From an uncultured delta proteobacterium (GTDB taxonomy: Bacteria; Desulfobacterota; Desulfobacteria; Desulfobacterales; UBA2156), in assembly GCA_963736855.1 (NCBI GenBank), contig CAVTQK010000009.1, positions 448,001 through 512,000 on the forward strand: DNA of 64,000 bases, in the 5' to 3' direction. The notes beneath the pieces are model-generated. The model worked only from the letters and a program-made list of their open reading frames with translations, had not been told where the DNA came from and did not search any database. A program made the translations under genes and the position numbers. How positions within the stretch are numbered: position 1 is the first letter of the stretch; each line of letters begins with the position of its first letter. Below, one piece after another: positions 19,913 to 30,609 of this stretch.

Positions 19913-21244
19913 TTAAAACGGCAACGCCGCACGACCCATGCCGTGAAGGCTGCCTTTGTTGATCTTCTTCATCATTTTTAAAATTTGCGTGTAACTTTTC
20001 AAAAGTCTGTTGACATCCTGTACACTAGTGCCGCTTCCATTGGCAATCCTTTTCCTGCGGCTCCCGTTAATGAGTATATATTGACGCCGCTCATGCGGGG
20101 TCATGGAATTGATGATAGCTTCCACCCTGACCAGTTCCTTTTCGTCGACGCTGAGGTTCTTCATGTGCTTGTTGATCCCCATCCCCGGGATCATCCCGAG
20201 AATATCGGTCAGGGATCCCATTTTGCGCACCTGGACCAACTGATCCCGGAAATCTTCCAGGGTAAACTGATTCTTTCTCAGTTTTTTTTCGAGTTCGACA
20301 GCCTGCTTTTCATCCATTACCGACTGAGCCTTTTCGATCATCGTCAGGACGTCTCCCATCCCGAGGATCCGGGAGGCCATACGATCCGGATGAAACGGCT
20401 CCAGTGCATTCAGTTTTTCACCGACCCCTATGAACTTAATGGGCTTTTGGGTGACCGCCTTGATGGAAATGGCGGCTCCACCCCGAGCATCACCGTCCAT
20501 CTTGGTAAGAATGACCCCTCCGATGTCGAGGGCCTCATTGAAGGCCTGGGCGATGTTGACGGCATCCTGACCGGTCATGGCATCGGCCACCAGCAGAATC
20601 TCGGCCGGTTTCATCGCCTCCTTGATCCGCTTCAACTCCTCCATGAGAGGAACATCGATATGCAATCGTCCCGCCGTATCCAGGATCAGCGTGTCACACC
20701 CTTCCTTCAGTCCCGCGATCCTCGCTTCCCGACAGATTTCCACCGGGTCCATTTCCGCACTGGATGAAAAAACAGGGACCTTTAGCTGGTGCCCGAGCTT
20801 CTGAAGTTGGTCGATGGCTGCCGGCCTGTACACATCGGCCGGAACCAAATACGGTTTTCTGCCATTTTTCCTCAATAAAACAGAAAGCTTTCCTGCGGTG
20901 GTAGTCTTTCCTGACCCCTGCAGGCCCACCAGCATGATCGTCCCCGGACTCGGTCCGGCAAGTCGCAAATCCTCGTGAGTCGCACCCATGAGCGCGGTCA
21001 ATTCATCGTTGACGATCTTGATGACCTGTTGCCCGGGGGTGAGGCTGGCCATGACCTCCTGTCCGATAGCCCGGGATTTGATGCCGGCAACAAGCTGCTT
21101 GACGACTTTGTAATGCACGTCAGCCTCCAGGAGCGCCATGCGAACCTCCTTGAGGCCTTCTTCGATATTTTTCTCCGTAAGCTTGCCGTGCCCCTTTAGC
21201 TTCTTGAATATCGAGTTGAGCTTTTCGCTTAAGTTATTGAACAT
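19913..21244 (-). CDS. ffh: Signal recognition particle protein
   Basis: GLQGSGKTTT, DTAGR, TKMDGDARGGA and an M domain with INSMT. Confidence 0.98.
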   Translation of the reverse strand: MFNNLSEKLNSIFKKLKGHGKLTEKNIEEGLKEVRMALLEADVHYKVVKQLVAGIKSRAIGQEVMASLTPGQQVIKIVNDELTALMGATHEDLRLAGPSPGTIMLVGLQGSGKTTTAGKLSVLLRKNGRKPYLVPADVYRPAAIDQLQKLGHQLKVPVFSSSAEMDPVEICREARIAGLKEGCDTLILDTAGRLHIDVPLMEELKRIKEAMKPAEILLVADAMTGQDAVNIAQAFNEALDIGGVILTKMDGDARGGAAISIKAVTQKPIKFIGVGEKLNALEPFHPDRMASRILGMGDVLTMIEKAQSVMDEKQAVELEKKLRKNQFTLEDFRDQLVQVRKMGSLTDILGMIPGMGINKHMKNLSVDEKELVRVEAIINSMTPHERRQYILINGSRRKRIANGSGTSVQDVNRLLKSYTQILKMMKKINKGSLHGMGRAALPF

Positions 21245-21404
21245 CGCCTTTCCGATCTGCTATAATTCAAATGATCAAACATCAGCATCTTTCCTCTCCC
21301 GGACAGCATCCCGCAAGGCAATCGGCTGTTCTGTCTTTTTGCGTCCCGGATCCGGACCAAGGATCCCGGAAGCCTCGGGAGAGATGTAACTGACTAAAAT
21401 TTAT

Positions 21405-21433
21405 AGTTTATTATTATGTTTCAATGCTGTCAA
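21405..21433 (-). promoter_or_regulatory. Sigma70-type promoter for the ffh operon
   Basis: Minus-strand TTGACA-17 nt-TAAACT. Confidence 0.65.
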
Positions 21434-22513
21434 GAAAAAAGCGTCCTGACCAATAAACCGGACATCAAAGATCTGACCCAAGACAGGCTTGCCGCATGGC
21501 TTGAGGAAAGGGGGATCGAGCGCTATCGGGTGCAACAGATCTTCAAGTGGATCTATATCCGTCAGGTGGACCGCTTTCAGGAAATGACCGATCTGGGAAA
21601 AGACTTGAGGGACCGTCTGGCATCTTGTTTTTCCATCCGCCGGTTGACGGTTCAAAAGCTACAGACCGCCGACGATGGCACGCGCAAGTTTCTTTTTCGA
21701 CTTGCCGACGGCGCCCATGTTGAAAGTGTCCTCATCCCGGAGCGGGACCATGAAACCCTTTGCATCTCCAGCCAGGTCGGGTGCGCCATGGGTTGCGCCT
21801 TTTGCCTGACCGCAAGAGGCGGATTCATCCGGAACCTGACCACAGGAGAAATGCTTTCCCAAGTGAGGGATGTCTGTCGGACGGCTTTAAAAGACCGCAT
21901 CACCAATATCGTCTTCATGGGGATGGGGGAACCCCTGGCCAACTACGACCATTTGGTCGACTCTCTTGAAATCCTGACCGACAGCGACTGCGGTCTGAAA
22001 TTTTCCAATCGGAAGATCACCGTCTCTACGGCCGGGCTGGTCCCGAAAATGGCAGATCTGGGTCGGGACACCCTGGTGAATCTGGCGGTCTCCCTGAATG
22101 CGACTCAAAACCCCACCCGGGATCTCTTGATGCCCATCAACCGCCGTTTCCCCCTTGAAGCGCTCTTGGATGCCTGTCGCCGGTATCCGCTTCCGCCGAC
22201 CCGCCGCATCACCTTCGAATATGTGCTCCTGGCAGACATCAACGACACCCCTCAGGACGCCCGGAGACTATCCAAACTGCTTTCCCCTCTCAAGGCAAAA
22301 GTCAACCTGATCCCTTTTAATGAATTCGAAGGAGCGACCTTCCGGCGTCCACGGGAAGAACAAATCCTGGGCTTTCAGAAGATTCTGATCGAAAAGAATC
22401 TGACGGCGGTCATCCGCTCCAGCAAAGGAACGAAGATCTCGGCTGCGTGCGGGCAGCTTTCGGCCAACGCCCTTCCGCGTCAGGAGGATTGTTTTTCAAA
22501 GGGCTTCCAATAA
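21416..22513 (+). CDS. rlmN: Dual-specificity RNA methyltransferase RlmN (start uncertain)
   Basis: SSQVGCAMGCAFC, MGMGEP, VNLIPFN and AACGQL. Confidence 0.96.
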   Translation: MFQCCQEKSVLTNKPDIKDLTQDRLAAWLEERGIERYRVQQIFKWIYIRQVDRFQEMTDLGKDLRDRLASCFSIRRLTVQKLQTADDGTRKFLFRLADGAHVESVLIPERDHETLCISSQVGCAMGCAFCLTARGGFIRNLTTGEMLSQVRDVCRTALKDRITNIVFMGMGEPLANYDHLVDSLEILTDSDCGLKFSNRKITVSTAGLVPKMADLGRDTLVNLAVSLNATQNPTRDLLMPINRRFPLEALLDACRRYPLPPTRRITFEYVLLADINDTPQDARRLSKLLSPLKAKVNLIPFNEFEGATFRRPREEQILGFQKILIEKNLTAVIRSSKGTKISAACGQLSANALPRQEDCFSKGFQ

Positions 22514-25500
22514 AAGGCCCTCGCCCTGGAAATGATTCCCGCCGAGCGCATCTTGAGCGAAGCTTCCAGGTCGTAGAGAACAGGAACAACCACCAGGGTC
22601 AGAACCGTCGCAATCCCCAGACCGAAAATCACCACCATGGCCATGGACTGCCACCACTGGGTGGATTCGCTCACATAGACCATGCTCATCTTGTGGAAAT
22701 CATAGGAAATGCCTGTAACCATGGGGATAAGACCCAGCAGGGTGGTAACAGCGGTCAACAGGACCGGCCTTAAGCGCGTTGCACCGGCGGCAACGACCGC
22801 ATCCTTGAGAGGCATCCCCCGATTCCTCAGCTTGTTGGTGTAATCAATGAGAATGATGGCGTTGTTGACCACGACACCGGCCAGGGAAATCACTCCCACC
22901 CCCGACATGATAATCCCAAAGGGTGCATTCAGGACCGTAAGGCCTAAAAAGGCCCCGCCCAGGGAAAGCACGACGGACGTCATGATGATGGCCGGCTGAA
23001 TCACGGAATTGAAGAGGGTCACCAGGATTAAAAAGATTAAAAACACGGCGATGACAAAGGCTTTGGATAAAAATTCCTCAGCCTCTTTCTGAAACTCGAA
23101 TTCTCCGGTAAATTCGACGGCATACCCCGCCGGCAGGGGAAATTTTTTCAACAGAATTTCCGCTTGCGCCCGGGCCAGGGTTCCCGGGATGCGGGTGGTG
23201 TCAACATCGGCTTTCACCGTAACGACCCGGTTGTGGTCGATACGCGTAATATCGCCGATGCTCCCCGACATATCGATCTTGGCCAAAGTCGTCAGAGGAA
23301 CCAGCTGCCCTGACGGTGTCGGAATGAGAAGCTTGTAAAGCACATCCAGGACCGATCGATTTTTCCGGTCCAGGATCACAGAGATATCATAGTCCTCGTC
23401 GCCCTCCCGGAACGTGGAGATGTTTAATCCGTTGTAAGCGGTCTTGAGGGCAAAACCGATGGTCTCGGTGCTCAGGCCGAACAGGGCCGCCTTTTGGCGG
23501 TCCACCCTTACCCGTACGGTGGGGATCCCTTCCATGTAGTCGTCCCTAACATCCTCCACATGGGGAATCTGGGAAACAACACCCCGCACATTCTTGGCCA
23601 GCTCTCCCAGAATACGGAAGTCATCCCCGGAGATCTCGATATTGATGGGTGCTCCGGTGGGGGGGCCTTCTTCGGCCTTGGCAATGGTAATCTTGGCTCC
23701 CGGAATATCTTTGATCCGCTTACGAATCTCCTCCACGGTCTCGGTGGAAGCGGTTTTCCGATCCTCCAGGTCCAGGAATTGAACCCCGATGTGCGTGGGC
23801 GTGTTGGGACTGAATGCTGCGCCGGGGCCGGGAATCTCCACCGCCCGTGCATAGATATGATCCACATTGTCAAGATCGCCGGGCCCTGAAAAGACCTGGC
23901 CTCCGGCCTTTTGATGGCTTTTCGGTACATAGACCTTGGCATACCCCTCATCCAAGGGAACCCCTGATATTGATGCCTCACTTCCGGGGCCACCGACGAC
24001 GGCTATTTCCGCATGCTTGACGATCCGGTCAATATACTCCAGATCCGCTCCTTCAGGGGGATCGATGTTCACATAGATGCTTTTAGGATCGATCTCCGGA
24101 AAAAATTCCACAGGTTTTTCAAGGCCAACCTTCAGAAGCCAAATTTGGAAAAACAGGACCAGAACAGCAAAGGAAATCATAATTACCGCGATCCGATGAT
24201 TCAAGGCACCTTTTAGCACCTTAGAATAGACTGTCAAAACCGGGCCCTTGATAGTCACCGGCCGCTCACCCGAGGATCGGATTTGTTCTGCGTCCACCGA
24301 TAAAGGCGAACCCGAGGGTTTCCCCTTCACCTTGATGAAGAAGGCGGTGAGAGCCGGATTAATCACCAGTGCAACCAGAAGGCTTGAAGTAAGGGTAACG
24401 ATCAGCGTGATGGGGAGAAATTTCATGAACTCCCCCATGATCCCCGGCCAGAAAATCAGGGGAAAAAATGCCGCCAGGGTCGTGAGGGTAGATCCGATTA
24501 CCGGCCAAGCCACCTCACCGGTGGCATTCATGACCGCTTGGATGCGGGAAACTCCCTGTTCCATATACCGGTAGATGTTTTCAATGATGACGATGGCGTT
24601 GTCCACCAGCATACCCAAGGCCAGGGTCAATGAGAAAAGAACAACCATGTTCAAGGTGATACCCAGGGCGTAAAGAACCATGAAAGACAACAGCATGGAA
24701 AAAGGGATGGCCAGACTCACCAGAAGGGCGTTTCGGAACCCCATGGCCAAAAACAGTACGGCAATGACCAGAACCAGTCCGGAAAGGATATTGTTCTCCA
24801 GATCCGCCACCATCACTCGGATGTCTTTAGCTTGGTCCATGAGCTTGGTGATCCGGGTCCCTTCCGGCCATTTTTCCTTCCGGCTTTCGATAAGCTTTTC
24901 GATTTTATCGGCGATGGCAATGATGTTTTCACCGACTCGTTTTTTCACCGTGATGCTGACCGCCTCGGTTCCATCGAGCCGGGACCGGCTGTTTTCATCC
25001 TTGAAACCATCGCTCACCCGGGCCAGATCCTTGAGGTAGACGGGCCTGCCGTCTGTGGCGTTGATAACCAGCCCCAGGATCTCTTCGGGGAGGGTGAACT
25101 CTCCGGGAACCCTCAACTGGTAGCGGCCGTCTCCCAGTGTGATGGCGCCGCCGGAGGTGTTCTGGTTTTCACTGGAGACCACCCTCTGGAATGCAGTGAT
25201 CGGAATTCGATAATAGGCCAGTTTGTCCGGGTCCACCTCGATCTTGATCTCCCGTTCCAGCCCGCCGGTGACCTCGGCTTCCAGGATCCCCGGGATCGAC
25301 TCGATGTCTTCTTCCAGATCATCGGCGATCTTTTTCAGACACGTCAGGCCGCAGGTTCCGGAAAGGGAATAGACGATGATGGGCATCTCTGAAAAATTGA
25401 CCTCGAACACAGAAGGATCATCCTCCAGATCCGCCGGCAGATCCTTCTTGGCTTCATCCACCTTGTCCTTTACCTTTTGGAGGACCTCATCGATATCGGT

Positions 25501-25794
25501 TCCGGGGATGAATTCCACGTTGATCATGGAGAGCCCTTCGGAGCTGATGGAGTGGATTTTTTTCACTCGATCCAACCCTTTGAGCTTCTTTTCAATGGGG
25601 ATGGTGATGGATGTTTCGATATCCGAAGATGAAACGCCTTTGTAGTCGGTGGAGACAAAGACGTTCGGTATGGTAATATCCGGCGCCGACTCCCTGGGAA
25701 GCTTAATATAACAATACACGCCGAAGACCAAAAGGATCACCGACAAAACCACCACACTGACCCGGTTTGTTACCGATACATCCGTTATGATCAT
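22480..25794 (-). CDS. RND efflux permease (AcrB/AcrD/AcrF family)
   Basis: GMLVDNAIVIIENI, GVVVNNAIILID and RLRPVLLT in 1104 aa. Confidence 0.95.
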   Translation of the reverse strand: MIITDVSVTNRVSVVVLSVILLVFGVYCYIKLPRESAPDITIPNVFVSTDYKGVSSSDIETSITIPIEKKLKGLDRVKKIHSISSEGLSMINVEFIPGTDIDEVLQKVKDKVDEAKKDLPADLEDDPSVFEVNFSEMPIIVYSLSGTCGLTCLKKIADDLEEDIESIPGILEAEVTGGLEREIKIEVDPDKLAYYRIPITAFQRVVSSENQNTSGGAITLGDGRYQLRVPGEFTLPEEILGLVINATDGRPVYLKDLARVSDGFKDENSRSRLDGTEAVSITVKKRVGENIIAIADKIEKLIESRKEKWPEGTRITKLMDQAKDIRVMVADLENNILSGLVLVIAVLFLAMGFRNALLVSLAIPFSMLLSFMVLYALGITLNMVVLFSLTLALGMLVDNAIVIIENIYRYMEQGVSRIQAVMNATGEVAWPVIGSTLTTLAAFFPLIFWPGIMGEFMKFLPITLIVTLTSSLLVALVINPALTAFFIKVKGKPSGSPLSVDAEQIRSSGERPVTIKGPVLTVYSKVLKGALNHRIAVIMISFAVLVLFFQIWLLKVGLEKPVEFFPEIDPKSIYVNIDPPEGADLEYIDRIVKHAEIAVVGGPGSEASISGVPLDEGYAKVYVPKSHQKAGGQVFSGPGDLDNVDHIYARAVEIPGPGAAFSPNTPTHIGVQFLDLEDRKTASTETVEEIRKRIKDIPGAKITIAKAEEGPPTGAPINIEISGDDFRILGELAKNVRGVVSQIPHVEDVRDDYMEGIPTVRVRVDRQKAALFGLSTETIGFALKTAYNGLNISTFREGDEDYDISVILDRKNRSVLDVLYKLLIPTPSGQLVPLTTLAKIDMSGSIGDITRIDHNRVVTVKADVDTTRIPGTLARAQAEILLKKFPLPAGYAVEFTGEFEFQKEAEEFLSKAFVIAVFLIFLILVTLFNSVIQPAIIMTSVVLSLGGAFLGLTVLNAPFGIIMSGVGVISLAGVVVNNAIILIDYTNKLRNRGMPLKDAVVAAGATRLRPVLLTAVTTLLGLIPMVTGISYDFHKMSMVYVSESTQWWQSMAMVVIFGLGIATVLTLVVVPVLYDLEASLKMRSAGIISRARAFYWKPFEKQSS

Positions 25795-26978
25795 AAAGAC
25801 AGATCCTCAATTCGCTCCACGGTTTTCACCACGGTCACCCGTTGTCCCGGGTTGATATCCCGATGCCCGACAACGATCACCCGGTCTCCCGGCTTCAGGC
25901 CGGATTTGACCTCGATCTTCCATCCATCCATGAGTCCCAATTCTACTTTCCGGGCATGTGCAAGCTCGTCATTAACCACAAAAACCACATTTTCCTCATT
26001 CCGATTGATCACCGCATAAAGAGGAACCGAGATTCCGTCCCGGATCTCCTTTTTAACAATCTCGACCTTGGCAAACATATCCGGGAGGATATCTCCGGAA
26101 GGGTTATCCAGGATCAGGTTCAAATTATACAGGCGAGCCACCGGGTCCGCCGTCTTGGACAAGGAATCCTTTTTTGCAATAAAAGACTTTCCCCCCAAGG
26201 CGTCGATGATAACCTCGAATGTGTCCCTTCGCCGGACAGCATCCACGTCCGATTCCGGAATTCCCACCCGGACCTTTATCGGATCGATCTGAATAATTTC
26301 GGCGATGGGGTCGCCGATCCCCACAAAGTCCCCTTCTTCCACATGAATCCGATCTAAAACACCAGCGAGAGGGGCGGAGATGGTGCACCGTTCCAGCGCC
26401 AGGGCGGTGTTGTCCACGTTTGCCTTTAAATTCTGGGCATTGGCGGTGGCGTCATCGAGCTGGGCGCGGGCGGTGGCGTTCTTCTGAAAAAGCGATTCGA
26501 TGCGTTTTAAAGAGGAAAGGGCTGCCTCGTAGGAGGCCCTTGCCGCAGACAGGGCATTTTCATAGTCCCGGGAATCCAAGGCTACGACAATAGCCCCCAT
26601 TTTTATTGATCTGCCTTCGACAGTGCTTTTTCGAATCACTTTGCCTTTCACTTCGGCGAGCAGTTTCACCTGCTTCGAGGGCAGAGTACTCCCCGGAAAA
26701 CGGATGCGGTTCCTAATCGTTTCCGGGACAATCTTTAAGGCTGCCACATTGGCCTGAATCTCTTCCTGATGAAGTTCGGAGGCAGCTTTCTCTTTGAGAT
26801 GCTTTTGTTTGGATTCGATCTTACTGAAAAAGATCCAGATGCCGAGGATGATCAACAAAAGAGCGATGAAAGGAAGAGATCCCCAGATCCGTTTCAACCA
26901 TTTTTTGGATGCATTTTCATCAGGTTTCAGTTCGTTTTCCATGACTGTTCCCATTTGGCTAGGAAAGGACGGTTCCAT
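25791..26978 (-). CDS. RND periplasmic adaptor (membrane fusion protein; start may be 26942)
   Basis: N-terminal TM, coiled hairpin, TISAPLAG and GLKPGDRVIV. Confidence 0.92.
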   Translation of the reverse strand: MEPSFPSQMGTVMENELKPDENASKKWLKRIWGSLPFIALLLIILGIWIFFSKIESKQKHLKEKAASELHQEEIQANVAALKIVPETIRNRIRFPGSTLPSKQVKLLAEVKGKVIRKSTVEGRSIKMGAIVVALDSRDYENALSAARASYEAALSSLKRIESLFQKNATARAQLDDATANAQNLKANVDNTALALERCTISAPLAGVLDRIHVEEGDFVGIGDPIAEIIQIDPIKVRVGIPESDVDAVRRRDTFEVIIDALGGKSFIAKKDSLSKTADPVARLYNLNLILDNPSGDILPDMFAKVEIVKKEIRDGISVPLYAVINRNEENVVFVVNDELAHARKVELGLMDGWKIEVKSGLKPGDRVIVVGHRDINPGQRVTVVKTVERIEDLSL

Positions 26979-27618
26979 GTTGTGCCGGGCCGGCCGAAAG
27001 ATTGGAAATGGAATGGATGAGGGTGTTCATGTAGAAATCCACGTTTTCTTTGAGATCGAAATTTTTTTGAGTTATAATGCTGTGGAGTAGGATTCCGTCC
27101 AGATACGCGATGAGGTTGATAGCGATCTTATCCGCATGTTCGGCGATTTCCGGCTTGAAGGTCCCTTTCGATATTCCATCGAGAATGACCTGTTCTACCA
27201 TCTGCTGGGTACCCCGCATCATCTCTCGCATCTCGTAACGGCGGTTGAAAAGGACACCATCTTCAAGTGCCGCCTCCCGAATGACCTCCACGGACATCCT
27301 GGCAGTCACGGAATCCAGAGGGTCGACCAGTTCGGCAAAGGCCTGGGATAGGATCATCAGCCGCTTTGCCGGATCTTCACTTCTCCCGAGGCGGATTGAA
27401 AAGCGCACCTCGATCTGATTCAACCAATGCTTTGCAGCGGCCACAAAGATATCTGCCTTGGTGGGAAAATATTCATAAAGGGTGCCCTTTCCTATACCGG
27501 CCGCCGTTGCAATCTCTTGGACGCAGGTCGCCGCATACCCTTTTTTGGAAAAAACTCCCAATGCCGCCCGGGCGATCTGTCTCCTCTTTTCCTCTTTAAC
27601 CACCAACTTTGGACTCAC
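26959..27618 (-). CDS. TetR/AcrR family transcriptional regulator
   Basis: IATAAGIGKGTLYEYF HTH. Confidence 0.93.
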   Translation of the reverse strand: MSPKLVVKEEKRRQIARAALGVFSKKGYAATCVQEIATAAGIGKGTLYEYFPTKADIFVAAAKHWLNQIEVRFSIRLGRSEDPAKRLMILSQAFAELVDPLDSVTARMSVEVIREAALEDGVLFNRRYEMREMMRGTQQMVEQVILDGISKGTFKPEIAEHADKIAINLIAYLDGILLHSIITQKNFDLKENVDFYMNTLIHSISNLSAGPAQHGTVLS

Positions 27619-27882
27619 GATGGACTTTTATCTCCTTTTTATCGACCGGAAAGTTCTCATATAGCACGTTTCTCAACACGTCAAGAAAATGTTTATGTTC
27701 AAATAATATTATAGTATTATTAGCATAATTTAGATTGATAGACTTTTAAGATATTATTAATGACCGACCGTTCGGCTGATGTGGGAATAATCTGGATTGA
27801 CTCACAAACCGGATCTTGATGCCGGCAACTCCTGCTTTCAATTCGAAAAACGAGGGGCGGGATTCCCTATGGGTTCGAGCCG

Positions 27883-28875
27883 TCAAATCAAGAGATGCCG
27901 GATTTCAGCAGGGTAAATCGGCTTGACATTTATGCTGCGTTTTCCGGCGGGAGAGGAAACGACGATTCCCACCGGTGCATCTCCTGAAATCTTGATGTAC
28001 CCTGCGCAGATGGATGCCGCTTTCAGGACGATTCCCCCGGATCCTCCGTGAGGAATCAACAAAACGGGACCGGGAATGTACGGATTCATGAGGATGTCGC
28101 TTTCGGGATCGCAGTACGAAAAGATATTTTCGTTGTCTTTTTGCGTGCGTCCTACAATGATCTTGGTCTCAGGGTCCAACCGCATGTGTCGTCCATATTT
28201 TAAAAGGTGAAATTCCCGGATCTCGTGGGAGCGCTGATGATTGAACAGATCTTTCAGTCGCCGGGAATATCCCGTGTCGGTGAGGAGACAACCTCCGGCA
28301 GGGGCAGGGTATTCGTTGATGTTGAAGCTTTTGGCCAGCTCCATCTGACGCTTGCGGGACCTGCCTGAAATATCCAAAAGTTGTGATCGGTCCACCAGCC
28401 CCATCTTCTCCGGAAGGGTTTCCGGAAGCTTTTTGGCACTCAGGGGTCGCACGATGCAACCGTCGAACCCGGAGTGCTTCTCCACGTATCTTAGAGAAGG
28501 TCTGGATTGGGACATGGGTCTTTGTCCGAGCACTTCGCCGCTGAATAAAAAGTCGAATCCTTTTTCTTTCATCACCCGGCCTGCGATTCGAAACATCAGG
28601 GAATGGCAATCCAGGCATGGGTTCATATACCGACCATATCCGCAAGGAGGGTCTTTTAACATCTCCAGGTATTCTTCGGTGATATCCTGAATCATCAGGG
28701 AAATTCCTGTGATTCGCGATGCGTTTTGCGCCTTATCGGCGGAGAAAAAGGGGGTCACGAAGGTGATCCACTCCACCTCGACCCCCTGGCTTTTCAGCAC
28801 CATCGCCGAGAGCATGCTGTCCAACCCACCCGAACAGATCCCCAGGGCGCGAACTTTTTTCTTTGTTTTTTCCAT
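27883..28875 (-). CDS. PP-loop tRNA thiolation-type ATPase (ThiI/MnmA-like)
   Basis: SGGLDS, NPCLDC, GEVLGQRPMSQ and PAGGCLLTD. Confidence 0.85.
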   Translation of the reverse strand: MEKTKKKVRALGICSGGLDSMLSAMVLKSQGVEVEWITFVTPFFSADKAQNASRITGISLMIQDITEEYLEMLKDPPCGYGRYMNPCLDCHSLMFRIAGRVMKEKGFDFLFSGEVLGQRPMSQSRPSLRYVEKHSGFDGCIVRPLSAKKLPETLPEKMGLVDRSQLLDISGRSRKRQMELAKSFNINEYPAPAGGCLLTDTGYSRRLKDLFNHQRSHEIREFHLLKYGRHMRLDPETKIIVGRTQKDNENIFSYCDPESDILMNPYIPGPVLLIPHGGSGGIVLKAASICAGYIKISGDAPVGIVVSSPAGKRSINVKPIYPAEIRHLLI

Positions 28876-28970
28876 GTAACCCTTTTTCCCGGTTGACGGT
28901 TTTCGGCCGACCCGTTAAAAAGGACCGTTCCACAACTTTTAGCAAACTGGTGAATACCGAAAGCCTGAAT

Positions 28971-29618
28971 ATGAACCCTCTTCGATCCCGAGCCGAAAAG
29001 ATCTTTAAGAGCCTAAGAGCCACATATCCTCATGTCAAGACTCAGCTTCATTTCAAGAATCCCTTCGATCTCCTCGTGGCGACCATCCTTTCCGCCCAGT
29101 GTACCGACAAACAGGTCAACATCGTCACTGAAACCCTGTTTCAAAAACTTAAAACCCCAAAAGATTTCGCTCAGGTCCCTTTGGACACTCTTGAAGCCCT
29201 GATTCGCCCCACCGGCTATTTTCGCAATAAAGCCAAAAGCATCAAGAATTGTGCGACAGCACTTCTGGAAAAATATGACGGCCGGGTACCGGACACCCTC
29301 GAGGAGATGGTGGCCCTTCCAGGCGTGGGGCGCAAGACCGCCAATGTGGTGCTGGGAGCGGCCTTCGACGTTCCGGGGATCGTCGTGGATACCCATGTGG
29401 CAAGAATATCCCAACGCATGGGATTCACGGAGAACAAGGACCCCGTAAAGATCGAATTCGACCTCATGGAGATCCTTCCCGAATCAAAATGGAGCGACTT
29501 CTCCCTACTCTTGATTTATCTGGGCAGAGAATTCTGCAAAGCCCGGAAACCGGATTGCACCCGCTGCCCGGTGAACCGGCACTGCCCCTGGCCGGAAAAG
29601 ACGCCCTCGAAAAAATGA
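28971..29618 (+). CDS. nth: Endonuclease III
   Basis: LSAQCTD, LPGVGRKTANVV, VDTHV and C-X6-C-X2-C-X5-C. Confidence 0.96.
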   Translation: MNPLRSRAEKIFKSLRATYPHVKTQLHFKNPFDLLVATILSAQCTDKQVNIVTETLFQKLKTPKDFAQVPLDTLEALIRPTGYFRNKAKSIKNCATALLEKYDGRVPDTLEEMVALPGVGRKTANVVLGAAFDVPGIVVDTHVARISQRMGFTENKDPVKIEFDLMEILPESKWSDFSLLLIYLGREFCKARKPDCTRCPVNRHCPWPEKTPSKK

Positions 29619-29642
29619 GGCGGAGGGGGCGTTTCTCATAAA

Positions 29643-29677
29643 AAGAGGCGCTTTCGAAAATCTCGAAAGCGCCTCTT
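29643..29677. terminator. Intrinsic terminator between convergent nth and csp
   Basis: 15-bp perfect stem AAGAGGCGCTTTCGA/TCGAAAGCGCCTCTT with a T-tract on the minus strand. Confidence 0.85.
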
Positions 29678-29696
29678 CACTTGCTCAGGTCGTCGA

Positions 29697-29897
29697 TTAG
29701 CCGACGGTCACGTTGACGGCGGCCGGGCCTTTTTTCCCCTGCTCGACGTCGAAAGTCACTTTGTCGCCTTCATACAGGACTTTGAAACCCGACGCATTGA
29801 TTCCCGAATGATGAACAAATACATCCGGGCCGTCTTCCTGTGAAATGAAGCCGTAACCTTTGCTGCTGTTAAACCACTTAACGGTTCCACTTGCCAT
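29697..29897 (-). CDS. csp: Cold-shock protein
   Basis: GTVKWFN, KGYGFI and DVFVH. Confidence 0.97.
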   Translation of the reverse strand: MASGTVKWFNSSKGYGFISQEDGPDVFVHHSGINASGFKVLYEGDKVTFDVEQGKKGPAAVNVTVG

Positions 29898-30096
29898 TGA
29901 TGCATCCTCCTTTCGTAAAATTATGGTGTTCGGCTAAAGGATGCTTCTTTTGACAAATGGGCTTTCCTTCAGAACGAAACCGGCCCACCTACATACAACG
30001 GGCCTTTTTTTATTCTTCTAAAATAAACCCTTCTACGGGACAAGTCAAGTGAAAATGGCAGAAGAATTTGAAACGTTCGTTATTAAAAACGGGCCT

Positions 30097-30600
30097 TCAT
30101 TCCTGCAAGTGCTTGACCAGATGCCCCAGCTCGGGAAAGATGAGGGCCTTGCAGGCGAGGCGACAGGCGTCAAGGCTTCCCGGCATGCAGAAGATGACGG
30201 CCTTTCGATAGACCCCGGCACAGGCCCGGGAAAGAATGGCTGCCGAGTCGATCTCCTCGAAGCTCAGATAGGCGAAAAGGGACCCGAAGGCCGTCAGTTC
30301 CTTTTCGAACAGGGGCCGGATCGTCTCGATGGTCACGTCCTTTACGGCAATCCCGGTCCCTCCGGTCATCAGAATCGCTTGGGCTCCATGCTCGTTGATC
30401 GCCTCATGGAGTGCCGCCAGGATCGGATCCGGTTCATCCGGGACCACCCGATGGCTCACCACAAAGTGCTTCTCCTTTTTGGCCCGTTTCACGATCCAGC
30501 CGCCGCTTTTGTCTTCCGCAAGGGTGCGCGTGGAGGATACCGAAATAACGGCAAGTTTGATCTGAAAAGGTGCGCTGCGCTTATGCTCCCGGGTGCCCAC
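30097..30600 (-). CDS. moaB: Molybdenum cofactor biosynthesis protein MoaB/MogA family
   Basis: DKSG, TGGTG, DVTIE, SRA and PGS. Confidence 0.88.
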   Translation of the reverse strand: MGTREHKRSAPFQIKLAVISVSSTRTLAEDKSGGWIVKRAKKEKHFVVSHRVVPDEPDPILAALHEAINEHGAQAILMTGGTGIAVKDVTIETIRPLFEKELTAFGSLFAYLSFEEIDSAAILSRACAGVYRKAVIFCMPGSLDACRLACKALIFPELGHLVKHLQE

Positions 30601-30609
30601 AAGTTCTCC

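Noticed and set aside
21245..21400. SRP (4.5S) RNA gene next to ffh
   Set aside because: The conserved helix-8 motif (CAGG...GGAA...AGCAG) is absent, so the region is kept only as a candidate leader.
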